Assembly: GCF_009914755.1 (NCBI RefSeq)
Contig: NC_060940.1
DNA from: the human T2T-CHM13v2.0 reference genome, Homo sapiens
Reading direction: 5' to 3' (one strand)
Length of the DNA stretch: 64,000 nucleotides
Shown one piece after another: positions 1 to 13,235 of this stretch. How positions within the stretch are numbered: the stretch's first letter is position 1; each line of letters begins with the position of its first letter. A program made the position numbers and the translations under genes. The notes beneath the pieces were generated by a model that saw only the letters and a program-made list of their open reading frames with translations, did not search any database and was not told where the DNA came from.

Positions 1-3000
1 GGCTGATTCCCACAGGGAGTTCTCAAGCCACATCGGGGGTACAGGAGGGTGGGAAAGGGTCAGCCACAGTCAGGGGGTGGTTGGTTATTGTTGCTACAAG
101 CCTGGCAAAATGGGAAGGGAGCAGGAAGCAAACAGCTTCCAGCCCCCAGTCTTCCCAGATGGTCTCACATCCAAGGCCCAGCCAGGCCAGACCCTGCACA
201 GATTCCAGTCTGGGGTGACCTCAGGCTGCTATGAATTTTGGGGGCTGCTGGGACAGACTAGCATGGGGCAGTCCTGGGCTGTGGCGGAAGCGCAGGTGGG
301 CTGGAAAGTGGAGGTCAGAGAGTCAGGGGGCGGTTGGGAAATGATTCAACAAGCGGGGGAAAGCAGGAAACGAATGGGAAGCCAAAAGCATCCAGCCCTG
401 GTATCCCCAGGCAGTCCCTCATCCAAGCTGCAGCCAGGCCCAACCCTGCTTAGCTTCCGGGCTGGGGTGCCCTCAGGTTGCTATGGCGCTCGGGGGTTGC
501 CAGGGCAGGCCCCCACAGGGAGGTCCTGGTCCGTGGCGGGGGCACAGGCGGGTGGGAAAGGGTGAAGGGGCAGAGAATCAAGGGGCGGTTGGGAAGCGTT
601 GCGACAAGCCGGTGAAAGCGGAAAGGGAGCGGGGAGCCAAAAGCCTCCAGCCCCCGGTCTCCCCAGACGGACCCCATTCAAGCCCCAGCTAGACCCGACC
701 CTGCTTAGCTTCTGGGCTGGGGCGCTCTCAGGCTGCTATGGCACACAAAGGCTCCCTGAGCAGACCCACACGGGGAGGTCCCGGGTCACAGCGAGGGCAG
801 AGTCGGTCGGGAAATTGGGGGCCAAATACTCAGGATGCGGTTGGCATGCATTGTGATCAGCGGGGAAAAGCGGGAAGGGAGCAGGAAGCCAAAAGCCTTC
901 AGCCTGGGTCTCCTCAGGCGGTCCTCCATCCAGGCCCCAGCCAGGCTCGACCCTGCCTAGCTTCCGGGCTGTGGCGTTCTCAGGCTGCTATGGCGCCAAA
1001 GGGCTGCGGGGACGGATGCCCACACAGGGAGGTACCAGATGGTGGCAGGGGCACAGGCGGGTGGGAAAGGAGGGCCAGAGAGTCAGTGGGTGGTTGGGAA
1101 GCATTGTGACATGTGAGTGAAAACAGGAACGGAGCAGCAAGCCAGAAGCCTCCAGGACCCAGTCTCCCCATGCGTCCCCCCACCCAAGCTTCAGCCAGGC
1201 CCCTCCCTGCTTAGCTTCCGGGCTCAGGCGTGCTCGGGCAGCTATGGCGCCCCCGGGCTGCCAGGACAGACCCTGACGGGAAGGTCCCGGGCCGCGGTGG
1301 GGGCACAGGCGGGCAGGAAATGGGGGACCAGAGACTCAAGGGGCGGTTGGGAAGCACTGAGACAAGCAGGGGAAAGCAGGAAGGGGAGGAAAGCCAAAAG
1401 CCTCCAGCCCCTGGTCACCCCCGGCGGTCCCCACATCCAAGCCCCAGACAGGCCCTACCCTGCTTAGCTTCCTGCCTGGGGCGCCCTCAGGCTGTTATGG
1501 TGCCCGTGTGCTGCTGGGATGGATCGCCACGGGGAGGTTTCGGGCCGCGGCGGCGAAGCAGGCAGGCGGGGAATGGGCAGTCAGAGAGTCAGCAGCGATT
1601 AGGAAGTGTTGTGACAAGTGGGGGAAAGCAGAAAGAGTGGGAAGACAAAAGCCTCCAGCCCCTGGTCTCCCAAGGCAGGCTCCCATCCAAGCCCCAGCCA
1701 GGCCCGACCCTGCTTACCTTCTGGGATGGGGCGCTGTCAGACTGCTGTGGCGCCCGGGCTGCTGGGACGGAAACCCACTGGGAGGTCCTGGGCCCTGGAA
1801 AGGGCAAAGGTGGGCGGGAATTTGGGGGCCAGGTGTCAGAAGGCTATTGGGAATCATTGAGACAAGTGCGGGGAATCGGGAAGGCAGCGGGAAGCCAAAA
1901 GCCTCCAGCCCTTGGTCTCCCCAGGTGGTCCCCCATCCAAGCACCACCAAGGTCCGATCCTGCTTACCTTCCGGGCTGGGGCACCCTCATGTTGCTATGA
2001 TGCCCGGGAATGCCGAGACTGACTTCCACGGGGGGAGGGGTGTAGCGGGCCACCGGGGGGGGGGGCACAGGTGGGTGGGAAACAGGGTACTAGAGAGTCA
2101 AGAGGCAGTTGGGAAGCATTGTGACTAGTAGGGGAAAGTGGGAATGGAGAGGCAATCCAAAAGCCTCCAGCCCAGTCTCTCCAGGCGGTCCCCCATCTAA
2201 ACCCCAGGAGGCCTGACCCTGCTTAGCTTCCAAGCTGGAGCACCCTCAGGCTGCTATGGTGCCCACGGGCTGCCAGGACGGACCCCCGCGCGGAGGTGGG
2301 AGGTCCTGGGACTCACAGGGGAGCAGGCTGGTGGAAAAGAGAAGGCCAGAGAGTAAAAGGAGGGTTGGGAAGCATTGTGACAAGTGACAGAATGCAGGAA
2401 GGGAGTGGGAAGCCAAAAGCCTTCAGCCCCCATTCCCCCAAGGTTGTAGTCCCCCATCCAAGCCCCGCCAGGCCCAACCCTTCTTAGCTTCCGGGCTGGG
2501 GCCCCCTTGGGCTGCTAGGGCGCCAGGGGGCTGCCGGGAGAGACTCCCAAGGGGAGGTCCCGGGCCATGGTGGGGGCACAGGCGGGCAGGAAAAGGGGGT
2601 ACCAGAGAGTCAGGGGGTGGTTGGGAAGTGTTGGGACAAGCGGAAGAAAGCGGGAAGGGACTGGGAAGCCAAAAGCCTCTAGCCCCTGGTCTCCCCATGC
2701 AGTCCCCCATCCAATCTTCAGCCAGGCCTGACCTTGCTTACCTTTCAGGCTGGGATGCCCTCAGGCTGCTATGGCGCCTGGGGGCTGCCGAGACAGACTT
2801 CCATGGGGAGGCCCTGGGTCATAGTAGGGGTGCAGGTGGGTGTGAAATGGGGAGCCAGAGAGTCAGGGGGCAGTTAGGAAGCATTAGAACAAGCGGGGGT
2901 AAGCGGGTAGTCAAAAGCCTCCAGCCCCGGTTGTCCCCAGGCAGTCAACCATTCAAGCCCCAGCCAGGTTTGACCCTGCTTAGCTTCCGGGCTGGGGCGT

Positions 3001-4788
3001 CCTCAGTCAGCTATGCTACCCAAGAGCTGCCAGGTCAGACCCCTGTGGGTAGGTCCCAGGCCGCAGTGAAGGAGCAGGCGGGTGGAAAATGGGGGCAAGA
3101 TTGAAAATTTTGCAATAAGAGAGGGAAAGCGGGAAAAGAGCAGGAAGCCAAAAGCCTCCAGCCCCTGGTCTCCCCAGGCGGTCCGCCATCCAAGCCCCAG
3201 CCAGACCTGACCCTGATATCTACCAGGCTGGGGGCCCTCAGGTTTCTGTGGCCCCCTGGTGCTACCAGGAGGAACAACCAAGGGGAGGTCCTGGGCAGTG
3301 GTGGGAATGAAGGCGGGCAGCAAAGAAAGGGTGAGAGAGTCAAGGGGCGGTTGGGAAGCATTATGACAAGCAGGGGAAAGCGGGAAGAAAGCTAGAAGGG
3401 AGCGTGAAGCCAAAAGCCTCCAGCCCCCGGTCTGCTCAGGCAGTCCCCCACCCATGCCCCAGCCAGTCCCGACCCTGCTTAGCTTCCTGGCTGAGGTGCC
3501 CTCAGGTTGCTATGGCAGGAGCTGCTGTGACGGACTCCATGGGGAAGTCCTGGGCCTTGGCAAGGGCACAGGCGGGCGGAAAAGGTGGGGCCAGAGAAAC
3601 AGGGGCGGTTGGGAAGCATTGCAAAAAGCGGGAAAAAGTGGGAAGGGACTGGGAGTCAAAAGCCTCCAGCACTTGGTCTCCCCAGGTGGTCCCCCATCCA
3701 AGTCCCAGCCAAGACCGACCCTGCTTACCTTCCCGGCTGGGGCACCCTGAGTTTGCTATGGTGCCCAGGGGCTGGCCAAATGGAGCCCCAAAAGGAGGTC
3801 CTGGGCTGGAGCAAGAATGCAGTCATGTGGGAAGCGGGTGGCGGGGGGGTCACAGAATCGGGAAATGTTGTAACAAGCAGGGAAAAGTGGGAAGGGAGCG
3901 GGAAGCCAAAAGCCTCCAGCCCCGATCTCCCCAAGTGGTCCCTCATCCAAGTCCCAGCCAGGATCAACCCTGCTTAGCTTCCGGGCTGGAGCACCCTCAG
4001 GCTGCTATGGCGCCCGGGGGCTGCCAGGACCAACCCCCACTGGGAGGTCCCAGGCCGTGGTGTTGGTGCAGGTGGGCAGGAAAGGGAGGGGCCAGAGAGT
4101 CAGGGTGCAGTTAGGAAGAGTTGCGACAAGCGGGGGAAAGTGGGAAGGGAGCGGGGGAAAGTGGGAAGGGAGCAGGGAAGTCAAAAGCCTCCAGCCCCAG
4201 GTCTCCCTAGGCGTTCCCCTATCCAAGCCCCAGCCAGGCCCAACCCTGCTTAGCTTCTGGGCTGGGTAGCTTCTAGGCTGGGGCACCTTCAGGCTTCTAT
4301 GGTGCCCTGGGGCTGCCCAAAACAAACCCCCATGGGGAGGTCCCAGGCCATGGTGGGGGTGCAGGTGGGCAGAAACGGGGGGTGGGCAGAGAGTCAGAGG
4401 GCGGTTGGGAAGCCTTGCGATAAGCGGGAGAAAGCGGGAAGGGAGCAGTAAGCCAAAAGCCTCTGGCCCCCAGTCTCCCCAGGTGGTGCCCCATCCAAGC
4501 ACTAGGCAGACCTGATCCTGCTTAGCTTCCAGGCCAGGGTGCCCTCAGGCTGCCATGGCACCCAGGGGCTGACAGAATGGACCCCCACAGGGAGGTACTG
4601 GGCCTTGGCGGTGGCGCATATGGGTGGAAAAAGAGGTGCCAGAGAGTCGGGGGCAGTTGGGAACCTTTGTGACAAGCAGGGGAAAGCGGGAAGGGAGAGG
4701 GACACCAAAAACCTCCACCTACCAGTATCCCCAGGCGGTGCCCCATCCAAGCCCCAGGCAGGCCAAACCCTGTTTAGCTTCTGGGCTT
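1..4788. repeat. GC-rich gamma-satellite-like tandem array (GSAT family), ~253-bp diverged monomers, left block
   Basis: The motif AAAAGCCTCCAGCCC...CCCATCCAAGCCCCAG...CTGCTTAGCTTCCGGGCTGGGG recurs at ~640, 892, 1146, 1397, 1649, 1899, 2161, 2417, 2671 and onward. It is G-rich on the + strand and rich in GGGAA; the family name is from recalled similarity. Confidence 0.85.
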
Positions 4789-5255
4789 TGTCAGGTCTCT
4801 GAGCCAAAGCTCAGCCATTGTAACCCCTGTGACCTACACATAAATGTCCAGATGGCCTGCAAGAGCCAAGAAGTCTGGGTCAACCAAAAAAACACAAAAG
4901 AAGTAAAATAACCAGTTCCTGCCTTAACTGATTAACCAACATTACACCATTACACCATTGTGACTTGTCCCTGCCCTACCTTAACTGATCAATCAACCTT
5001 GTAACATTCTTATTCTGGACAATAAGTCTTATGATCTCCCCATCATGTACCTTGTGACCCTGTCCTCTGCTAACAATAGATGACCACCTTTTACTGTAAA
5101 TTTCCATTACTTACCCAACTCCTGTAAAGCACCCCTTCCTTATCTCCCTTTGCTGACTCTCTTTTTGGACTCAGTCCACTTGCCCCCAAGTGAATAAACA
5201 GCCTTGTTGCTCAACAAAGCCTGTTGGTGGTCTCTTCACATGGATGGGCTTGACG
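4789..5255 (+). mobile_element. 5' LTR, LTR7 family (LTR7C-like)
   Basis: Starts TGTCAGGTCTCTGAGCC and ends CTTGACG; AATAAA at 5193-5198; TATA box mutated to TGTAAA (5123-5128). About 11% different from the 3' LTR by manual count. Confidence 0.9.
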
Positions 5256-5257
5256 TT

Positions 5258-5275
5258 TGGAGCCATGAATCAGAC
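5258..5275 (+). promoter_or_regulatory. Primer-binding site, tRNA-His (degenerate)
   Basis: TGGAGCCATGAATCAGAC vs TGGTGCCGTGACTCGGAT (13/18), immediately after the LTR. A major splice donor G|GTAAG follows at 5396. Confidence 0.8.
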
Positions 5276-5759
5276 CAGGGGACCTCCCTCGGAAGATCAA
5301 TCCCCTGTCCTCCTGCTCTTTGCTCTGTGAGAAAATCCACCTACAACCTCGGGTCCTCTGACCAGCCAAGAAACACTTCACCAATTTTGAATCGGGTAAG
5401 CAGCCTTTTTTATTCTCTTCTCCAACCTCTCTCAGTATCCTTCAACCTCTTTCTCCTTTCAATTTCAGTGCCACCCTTCAATCTCTCCCTTTCCTTAATT
5501 TCAGTTCCTTTCCCTTTCTGGCAGAGACAGAGGAAACACATTTTATCTGTAGACTGAAAAGTCTGGCACTGATCACGTACTCAGGAAGACAGTTTTCCTT
5601 TGGTGTCTAGTCACTGCAGGACATTTGCCTGATTCACCCACATTCCAGAGGTGTTCGATCACTGCGGGTATGCGTGCCTTGATCCTCCACCTTGGTGGCA
5701 AGTACCACCTCCCCTGGGTGGCAAGTACCCCCTCTTTTCTCTCAACTTAACTTTTCACT

Positions 5760-7372
5760 ATGGGCAACCTTCTGCCCTCCATTCCTCCTTCTTCCCCCTT
5801 AGCCTTTGTTCTTAAAAACTTAAAATCTCTTCAACTCTCACATGACCTAAAACCTAAGCATCTACTTTTTTTCTGCAACACTGCTTGGCCCCAATACAAA
5901 ATTGATAATGGCTCTAAATGTGCAGAAAATTACCCTTTTGATTTCTCCATCCTACAAGATCTAGATAATTTTTGTCATAAAATAGGCAAATGGTCTGAAG
6001 TGCCCTACATCCAGGCATTTTTAACACTTCATTCCCTCCCTAATCTCTGTTCCCAATGTGACTCATCCCAAATCTTCTTTCTTTCCCTTCTGCCTGTCCC
6101 TTCAGCCCCAACCCCAAGCACTGCTGAGTCTTTTGAATATTCCCCTTTTACCGACCCATCTGACCTCTCCCCTCCTCCCCAGACTGCTCCTCTTCAGGTC
6201 ACTCACTGCCAGGCTGAATCAGGCTACAACTCTTCTTCAGTCTCTGCTCCCCGATCTAAAACCCTTCTATCACCTCCCCTCCCCACACCCGGTCCAGCTT
6301 ACAATTTTGTTTGTTGTCAAATACTCCCCCACCCCTGCCCAACAATTTCCTCTTCAAGAAGTGGCTGGAGCTGAGGGCATCGTCAGAGTGCATGTACCAT
6401 TTTCTCTATCAGAAGTTTCCCAAATAAATCAATGCTTAGGTGCCTTCTCATCAGACCCCACCAAATATATACAGGCATTCCAATATTTCACCCAGTCCTA
6501 CAATGTAACCTGGAGTGATTTAAATGTCATCCTAACTTCTACCCTCTCCCCAGATGAATGGGAAAGTTTTTTTTTTTCTCTAACCCAATCTCATTCAGAC
6601 ACCCACCAGCATCATGAGCCCAGCCTCCAGGAAGGCATTAAAGTGGTTCCCCGAGAAGATCCCCAATGTCACTATCAGGCAGGTCCCCCAGGTATAGCTA
6701 GGCAGATTACATGATTTCCTGCCTAGTTGAAGGGCTTAAAAAGGCAGCATACAAATCTGTTAATTGTGACAAACTTAAAGAAACTACCCAAGGTAAAGAC
6801 GAAGACAAAGCCCAGTTCATGGCCCATTTGGCAGTTATCATTAGATGCTTTACAGCCCTAGACCCTGAAAGCCCAGAAGGCTGTCTTATTCTCAGTATGC
6901 ATTTTATCACCCAGTCAGCTCCTGACTTTAGAAAAAAGCTTCAAAAATTGGAATCTGGCCCTCAAACCTCACAACAGGAATTAATCAACCTCACCTTCAA
7001 GGTGTACAATAAGAGAGAAGAGGCAGCCAAGCGTCAATGCATTTCTGAGTTACAATTACTTGCCTCTGCTGTGAGACTAAACCCAGCCACACCTCCAGCA
7101 CACAAGAACTTCAAAGCACCTAAGCCAAAGAGGTCAGGCATTCTTACAGGACCTTCAATCTCAGGATCTTGCTTCAAGTGCCAGAAATCTAGCCACTGGG
7201 CCAAGGAATGCCCACAGCCTGCGATCCCTCAGCTGTGTCCCATCTGTGCAGGGACCCACTGGAAATCAGACTGCACAGCTCGCCCAGTATCCACTCCCAG
7301 AGCCCCTAAAGTTCTGGCCCAAGGCTCTCTGACTCCTTCTTATATCTGCTCAGCTCAGTGGCTAAAGACTGA
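5760..7372 (+). pseudogene. gag: HERV-H gag remnant (MA, CA, two-zinc-knuckle NC), frameshifted
   Basis: MGNL start, FFCNTAWPQY matrix motif, VRVHVPFSLS and QGKDE capsid motifs, and knuckles CFKCQKSSHWAKEC and CPICAGTHWKSDC. These are spread over three ORFs; probable native TGA at 7370-7372. Confidence 0.92.
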
Positions 7373-7700
7373 CATTGCCCGATTGCCTGGGAAGCTCCCT
7401 GGACCATCATGGACGCCAAGCTTCAGGTAACTCACAGTGGAGGGTAAGTCCATCTCCTTTTTAATTGACACGGGGGCTACACACTCCACGTTACATTCTT
7501 TTCAAGGGCCTGTTTCCCTTGACCCCATTACTATTGTGGGTGTTGATGGCCAGGCTTCTAAACCTCTTAAAACTCCCCAAATTTGGTGCCAACTTAGACA
7601 ACATTCTTTTATGCACTCCTTTTTAGTTATCCCCACCTGCCATGTTCCCTTATTGGGTTGAGACATTTTAACAAAATTATTCGCTAACCTATTACTGGAC
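7373..7700 (+). pseudogene. pro: HERV-H protease remnant
   Basis: FLIDTGATHS active-site motif and PLLG*D (GRD motif with a stop). The end coordinate is approximate. Confidence 0.88.
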
Positions 7701-10700
7701 TACAGCCACATCTCATTGCCACCCTTCCTCCCAACCCAAAGCCTCCTTCACATCTTCTTCTTGCATCTCCCCACCTTAACCCAAAAATATAGGACACCTC
7801 TACTCCCTCCCTGGCACTGATCACATGCCCATTACTATCCCATTAAAACCTAATCACCCTTATCCCACTCAATGCCAGTATGGCATCCCACAATAGGCTT
7901 TAGTCCAAAACTGGACAAGTCTTACAGGTTAGTTCAGGATCTATGCCTTATCAAACAAATTGTTTTGCTCATCCACCCTGTTTTGCCCAACTCATACACT
8001 CTTTTGTCCTCAATACCTTCTTCCACCACTTAATATTCCATTCTTGATCTTAAAGATTTTTTTTCACTATTCCCCTGCACCCCTTGTCCCAGCCTCTTTG
8101 CTTTTACCTGGACTGACCCTGACACCCATCAGTCCCAGCAGCTTACCTTGGACTGCTGCAAGGCTTCATGGACAGCCCTCATTACTTCAGCCAAGCTCTT
8201 TCTCATGATTTACTTTCTTTCCACCCCTTTGCTTCTCACCTTATTCAATGTATTGATGGCCTTCCACTTTGTAGCCCCTCCTTTGAATCTTCTCAACAGG
8301 ACACCCTCCTGCTCCTTCAACATTTATTCTCCAAGGGATATTGGGTAACCCCCTCCAAAGCTCAAATTTCTTCCCTATCCATTACCTACCTCAGCATAAT
8401 AATTCTTGAAAACACAGGTGATCTCCCTGTCAATTGTGTCTGGCTGATCTCTCAAACCCCAACCCCTTCTACAAAGCAAAACCTTCTTTCCTTCCTGGGC
8501 AGAGTTTGATACTTTCACCTGTGGATACTGGTTTTGCCATCTTAACAAAACTGTTATATAAACTCATAAAGGGAAATCTAGCTGACCTCATCGATCCTAA
8601 ATCCTTTCCCAACTCCTCTTTCCATTCCCTGAAAACAGCTCTAGAAACGACTCCCACACTAGCTCTCCCTGACTCATCCCAACACTTTTCATTACACACA
8701 GCCGAAGTGCAGGGCTGTGTGGTCAGCATTTTTACACAAGGATCGGGACCATGCCCTGTAATCTTTTTGTCCAAACAACTTGACCTTACTGTTTTAGGCT
8801 GGCCCTCATGTGTGGGTGCAGTGGCTGCCACTGCTCTAGTACTTTTAGAAGCCCTCAAAATCATAAACTGTGCTCAACTCACTGTCTACAGTTTTCATAG
8901 CTTTCAAAATCTATTTTCTTCCTCAAACCTGATGCGTATACTTTCTGCACCCCCCTCCAGTTCCTTCAGCTGTACTCACTCTTTTGAGTCTCCCACAATT
9001 ACCATTGTTCCTGGCCCAAACTTCAATCCAGCCTCCCACATTATTCCTGAGACCACACCTGACCCCCATGACTGTATCTCTCTGATAGACCTGGCATTCA
9101 CTCCCATTCCCCATATTTCCTTCTTTCCTGTTCCACACCCTGATTACACTTAGTTTATCAATGGCAGTTCCACCAGGCCTAATTGCCACTCACCAGCAAA
9201 AGCAGGCTATTCTATAGTATCTTCCACATTTATCAATGAGGCTACCACTCTGCCCCCCTCCACTATCTCTCAACAAGCCAAACTCATTGCCCTAACTTGG
9301 GCCCCCACTCTTGCAAAAGGACTTCACATCAATATTTATACTGACTCTAAATATGCCTTCCATAGCATGCACCACCATGCTGTTATATGGGCTGAAAGAG
9401 GTTTCCTCACTACACAAGGGTCCTCCATCATTAATGCCTCTTTAATAAAAACTCTTTTCAAGGCTGCTTTACTTCCAAAAGAAGCTGGAGTCATTCACTG
9501 CAAAGGCCATCAAAGAGCCTCAGACCCCATTGCTCAAGTCAACAATTATGCTGTTAAGTCAGCTAAAGAAGCAGCCAGTATTCCTACTTCTGTCCCTTAT
9601 GGCCAGTTTTTCTCCTCATCAGTCACTCCTACTTACTCTCCCACTGAATTTCCACCTATCAGTCCCTCCCCACTCATAGCAAATGATTCTTACACCAAGG
9701 AAAATATCTACTTCCAGCCTCACAGGCCCATTCTATTCTGTCATCCTTTCATAACCTCTTCCATGTAGGTTACAAGCCACTAGCCTGCCTCTTAGAACAT
9801 CTCATGTCCTTTCCATCATGGAAATCTATCCTCAAGGAAATCACTTCTCATTGTTCCATCTGCTATTCTACTACTCCTTAGGGATTTCTCAGGCACCCTC
9901 CCTTCCCTACACATCAAGCTCGAGGATTTGCTCCTTCCCAGGACTGGCAAATTGAATTTACCCACATGCCCTGACTCAGAAAACTAAAATGCCTGTTGGT
10001 CTGAATAGACACTTTCATTGGATGGGTAGAGGCCTTTCCCTCAGGGTCTGAGAATGCCACCATGGTCATCTCCTCCCTTCTGTCAGATATAATTCATTGA
10101 TTTGGCCTTCCTACCTGTATACAGTCTGACAAGGTACCGACCTTCATTAGTCAAGTCACTCAGGCAGTCTCCCAGGCCCTGGACATTCAATGGAAACTTC
10201 ATGCTCTCTATTGCCTTCAATCCTCAGGAAAGGTAGAAAGAACTAATGGTCTTTTAAAAACACACCTCACCAAACTCAGCGTCCAACTTAAAAACGACTG
10301 GACCGTACTTTTACCTCTTGCTCTTCTCAGAATTCGGGCCTGTCCTCAGGACACTACAGGGTAGAGCCCATTTGAGGTCCTGTATGGAGCTCCTTTTTAT
10401 TAGGCCCCATTCTCATTCCAGACACCAGCCCTCTAGGTGATTATCTTCCAGTCCTCCAGCAAGCTAGACAGGAAATTCGCCAAGCTGCTAATCTTCCTTT
10501 GCCTACTCCATATTCCCAGCCATATGAAGACACTCTAGCTGGACAGTCAGTTCTTTTTAAGAATCTGACCACTCAGACTCTACAACCTCAGTGGACTGGA
10601 CCCCACTTAGTCATCTATAGCACCCCAATGGCTGTTCATCTGCAAACCTCCCCCGCATTGTGTTCTTCATTCCAGATTAAAGCTATGCCTCTCAGACAGC

Positions 10701-10790
10701 CAGCCTGATTTATCCTCTTCCTCCTGGAAGTCACAAGCCCTCTCCCTCACTTCCCTTAAACTCACCCACATTCCTGAAGAACAGTAATAA
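7701..10790 (+). pseudogene. pol: HERV-H pol remnant (RT, RNase H, integrase) with stops, frameshifts and a deletion at ~7902
   Basis: YRLVQDL; DSPHYFSQAL; YXDD decayed to QCIDGL; RNase H YTDSKYAF and VIHCKGHQ; integrase QSSGKVERTNG; WTGPH C-terminal motif. The SP-N-P-LP stretch normally found before V-K-D-SYRLVQDL is missing. The start coordinate is approximate. Confidence 0.92.
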
Positions 10791-10901
10791 TCCTTATGTA
10801 AGGTCTATCCTTTCTTACCCCATTCCTCCAAACTATCATAGCTAATATCTTCTGGTGCTGCCCAGAAACTGCCACTATTAATTCCCTCTTTAAGTGGAAA
10901 A

Positions 10902-12681
10902 ATGACCTTTGCTGGTAAGACACAGTCCAATTCTTCCACCCTAATGAATTTCTTTTCTTTACATTTATACTCACTCTTTGCCTTACTCTCATTCTCCTGC
11001 CACCCTCCACCTCTCCCCAGTTATCTACAACATACCATCAATCTCATTCACTCCCTCCTTGCCATCTCTAATCCCTCCTTAGCAAATAACTGCTGGCTAT
11101 GCATTTCCCTTTCTTCTTATTCTTACACAGTTGTCCCCGCCCTACTTCCCGATTGGGCAACATCTGTCTCCCTACATCTTTGAACCTCTTTCAATGGGCC
11201 TCATCTCTATTCTCCTGAAGAACTTCTTTATTTTCTGGACAGATCCAGCAAAACCTCTTCAGACACTTCATATCAGCAGGCTGACGCCCTTCTCCATGCC
11301 GACTTAAAAAATCTTTCCCCTTACATTAATTCCACTCCCTCCATATTTGGACCCCTTATGACTCAAACCACTATCCCTGCTGCCGCTCCTTTGTGCATCT
11401 CCCAGCAACCACCTACCAGAATTCCCATAGGTAACCTTTCACTTTCGCTATGCTCCTTTACTCTTCATCTCCAAAGCCCAAAGACACACATTACTGAAAC
11501 TACGAGGGCTTCTCAGCTATGCATTATGGACCAGCCCTCTATCCATACTGACAAACTTAAAAACATTAACAGTTACTATTTCTTAGGTAGACAGTTCCCC
11601 TGCCTTTCCCTTCATCCTTGGCTACCTTCTCCTTGCTTTCCAGACTCTCCTCCCAGCCCCGCAACTTGTTTACTTACACCCAACCCCATAAATAGTACTG
11701 AAAGATTACCTGTAGACACTGTACATTTTCTCTTACACCATGAAAATCTAATTTCCCTTTCTACCCAGTTACCACATAGGTCCCCATTACAACCTTTAAT
11801 GGATGCTGCTCTCACTGGATTACTAGGAGTCTAGGTACAAGACACCTCACCTGGTACTCCCTCCCATCTTTTTACTCTACATTTTCAGTTTTTCCCTACA
11901 CAAGGCCTCTTCTTCCTCTGTGGCTCCCCCACTTACATGTGTGTACGTTCTCATTGGACAGATACATGTACACTAGTTTTTCTTACTCCCAAAATTCAAC
12001 TTGCAAATGGGACTGAACAACTTCCTGTCCCCCTCATGACACCGAACAACTTCCTGTCCCCCTCATGACACCAAACAGACAAAAAGAATTATTCCTCTAA
12101 TCCCTCTACTTGTAAGGTTAGGACTTTCTGCTTCCACTATTGCCCTCGGAACTGGAATAGTAGTCATTTCAACTTCCGTCACAACCTTCTGTAGCCTTTC
12201 TAATGACTTTTCTGCTAGCATTACAGATATATCACAAACTTTATCAGTCCTTCAGGCCCAGGTCAATTCCTTAGCCACAGTTGTCCTCCAAAATCACCAA
12301 GGCCTTGACCTACTCACTGCTGAAAAAGGAGGACTCTGCATATTTTTAAATGAAGAATGTTGTTTTTATCTAAATCAGTCCAGCCTGGTGTATGACAACA
12401 TAAAAAAGCTTAAAGATTAGGCCCCAAATCTTGCCAGCCAGGCAAATAATTATGCTGGACCCACCTAGGCACTTTCTAACTAGGTGTCTTGGTTCTTCCC
12501 TATTCTTAGTCCCCTGGTACCTGTTTTTCTCCTTCTCTTATTCAGGCCTTGTGTCTTTCATTTAGTCTCTCAATTCATACAAAACCGCATCCAGGCCATC
12601 ACCAATTATTCCATATGGCAGTTGCTGCTTTTAAAAACCCCACAGTAATATCCTGTACCCCAAAATCTTCCCACAGCCTAA
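10902..12681 (+). pseudogene. env: HERV-H env remnant (SU + TM)
   Basis: Signal peptide, CWLC motif, immunosuppressive domain LQNHQGLDLLTAEKGGLC plus CIFLNEECC (12286-12363), and a TM helix. Multiple stops and a 29-bp duplication break the frame. Confidence 0.92.
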
Positions 12682-12773
12682 ACTTCAATTCCTTGTCGTA
12701 TTATACTCCTTCTCACCTTTAGGACTAAACCAGTGATGGACTCTTGGCAGCGTACTGACAAGACCAAGCTTCC

Positions 12774-13235
12774 ATGCAACACCCCCTACAAATAATGGCT
12801 GTCCAAACATATTTCCAGGCCTGCTTCACCCGTTCTTCTAAACCTAATCTCTTAGGACCTGCTGTCTATAAAAACAACTTTCTTCAGGCCTTGCTCTCCA
12901 AAATTTTCCCCACCCCCAAAATCAAGGATCTCTGGATTAAAAATCTAAAACCCCTGAGGTGGCAGCTGTCAAATCTTTGCCCATGGTGTCCTCAGGCCTA
13001 CTCACATAAAAATGACAAGCAATATGCAAATACAGGACCGGTTCCATATATCTGGCACTCAGATCAACATCCACGACAACACATGGTCTATCGTTGGTTG
13101 TCAGAAGGCATCGGACATTTCTGTCTTTGCCAGCCCCAACTTATTCTAGGAGACAAGGACTATTGTACTTATTATCTTTCCTGTATAAGGTCTGCAATCA
13201 GAAGTATTGAACTCCTCTATTCAAAACGCCACTAA
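12774..13235 (+). CDS. Unassigned 153-aa ORF between env and the 3' LTR (candidate accessory ORF)
   Basis: Open 153 codons from an ATG, preceded by a polypyrimidine-AG acceptor at 12706-12722. I recognise no homology. Confidence 0.3.
   Translation: MQHPLQIMAVQTYFQACFTRSSKPNLLGPAVYKNNFLQALLSKIFPTPKIKDLWIKNLKPLRWQLSNLCPWCPQAYSHKNDKQYANTGPVPYIWHSDQHPRQHMVYRWLSEGIGHFCLCQPQLILGDKDYCTYYLSCIRSAIRSIELLYSKRH

Noticed and set aside
49-4802. Many 60-260 aa ORFs in the GC-rich array (also 14065-16460)
   Set aside because: They repeat the monomer translation (e.g. KSLQPPVSPG, PTLLSF), a by-product of stop-poor GC-rich repeats. There is no gene structure.
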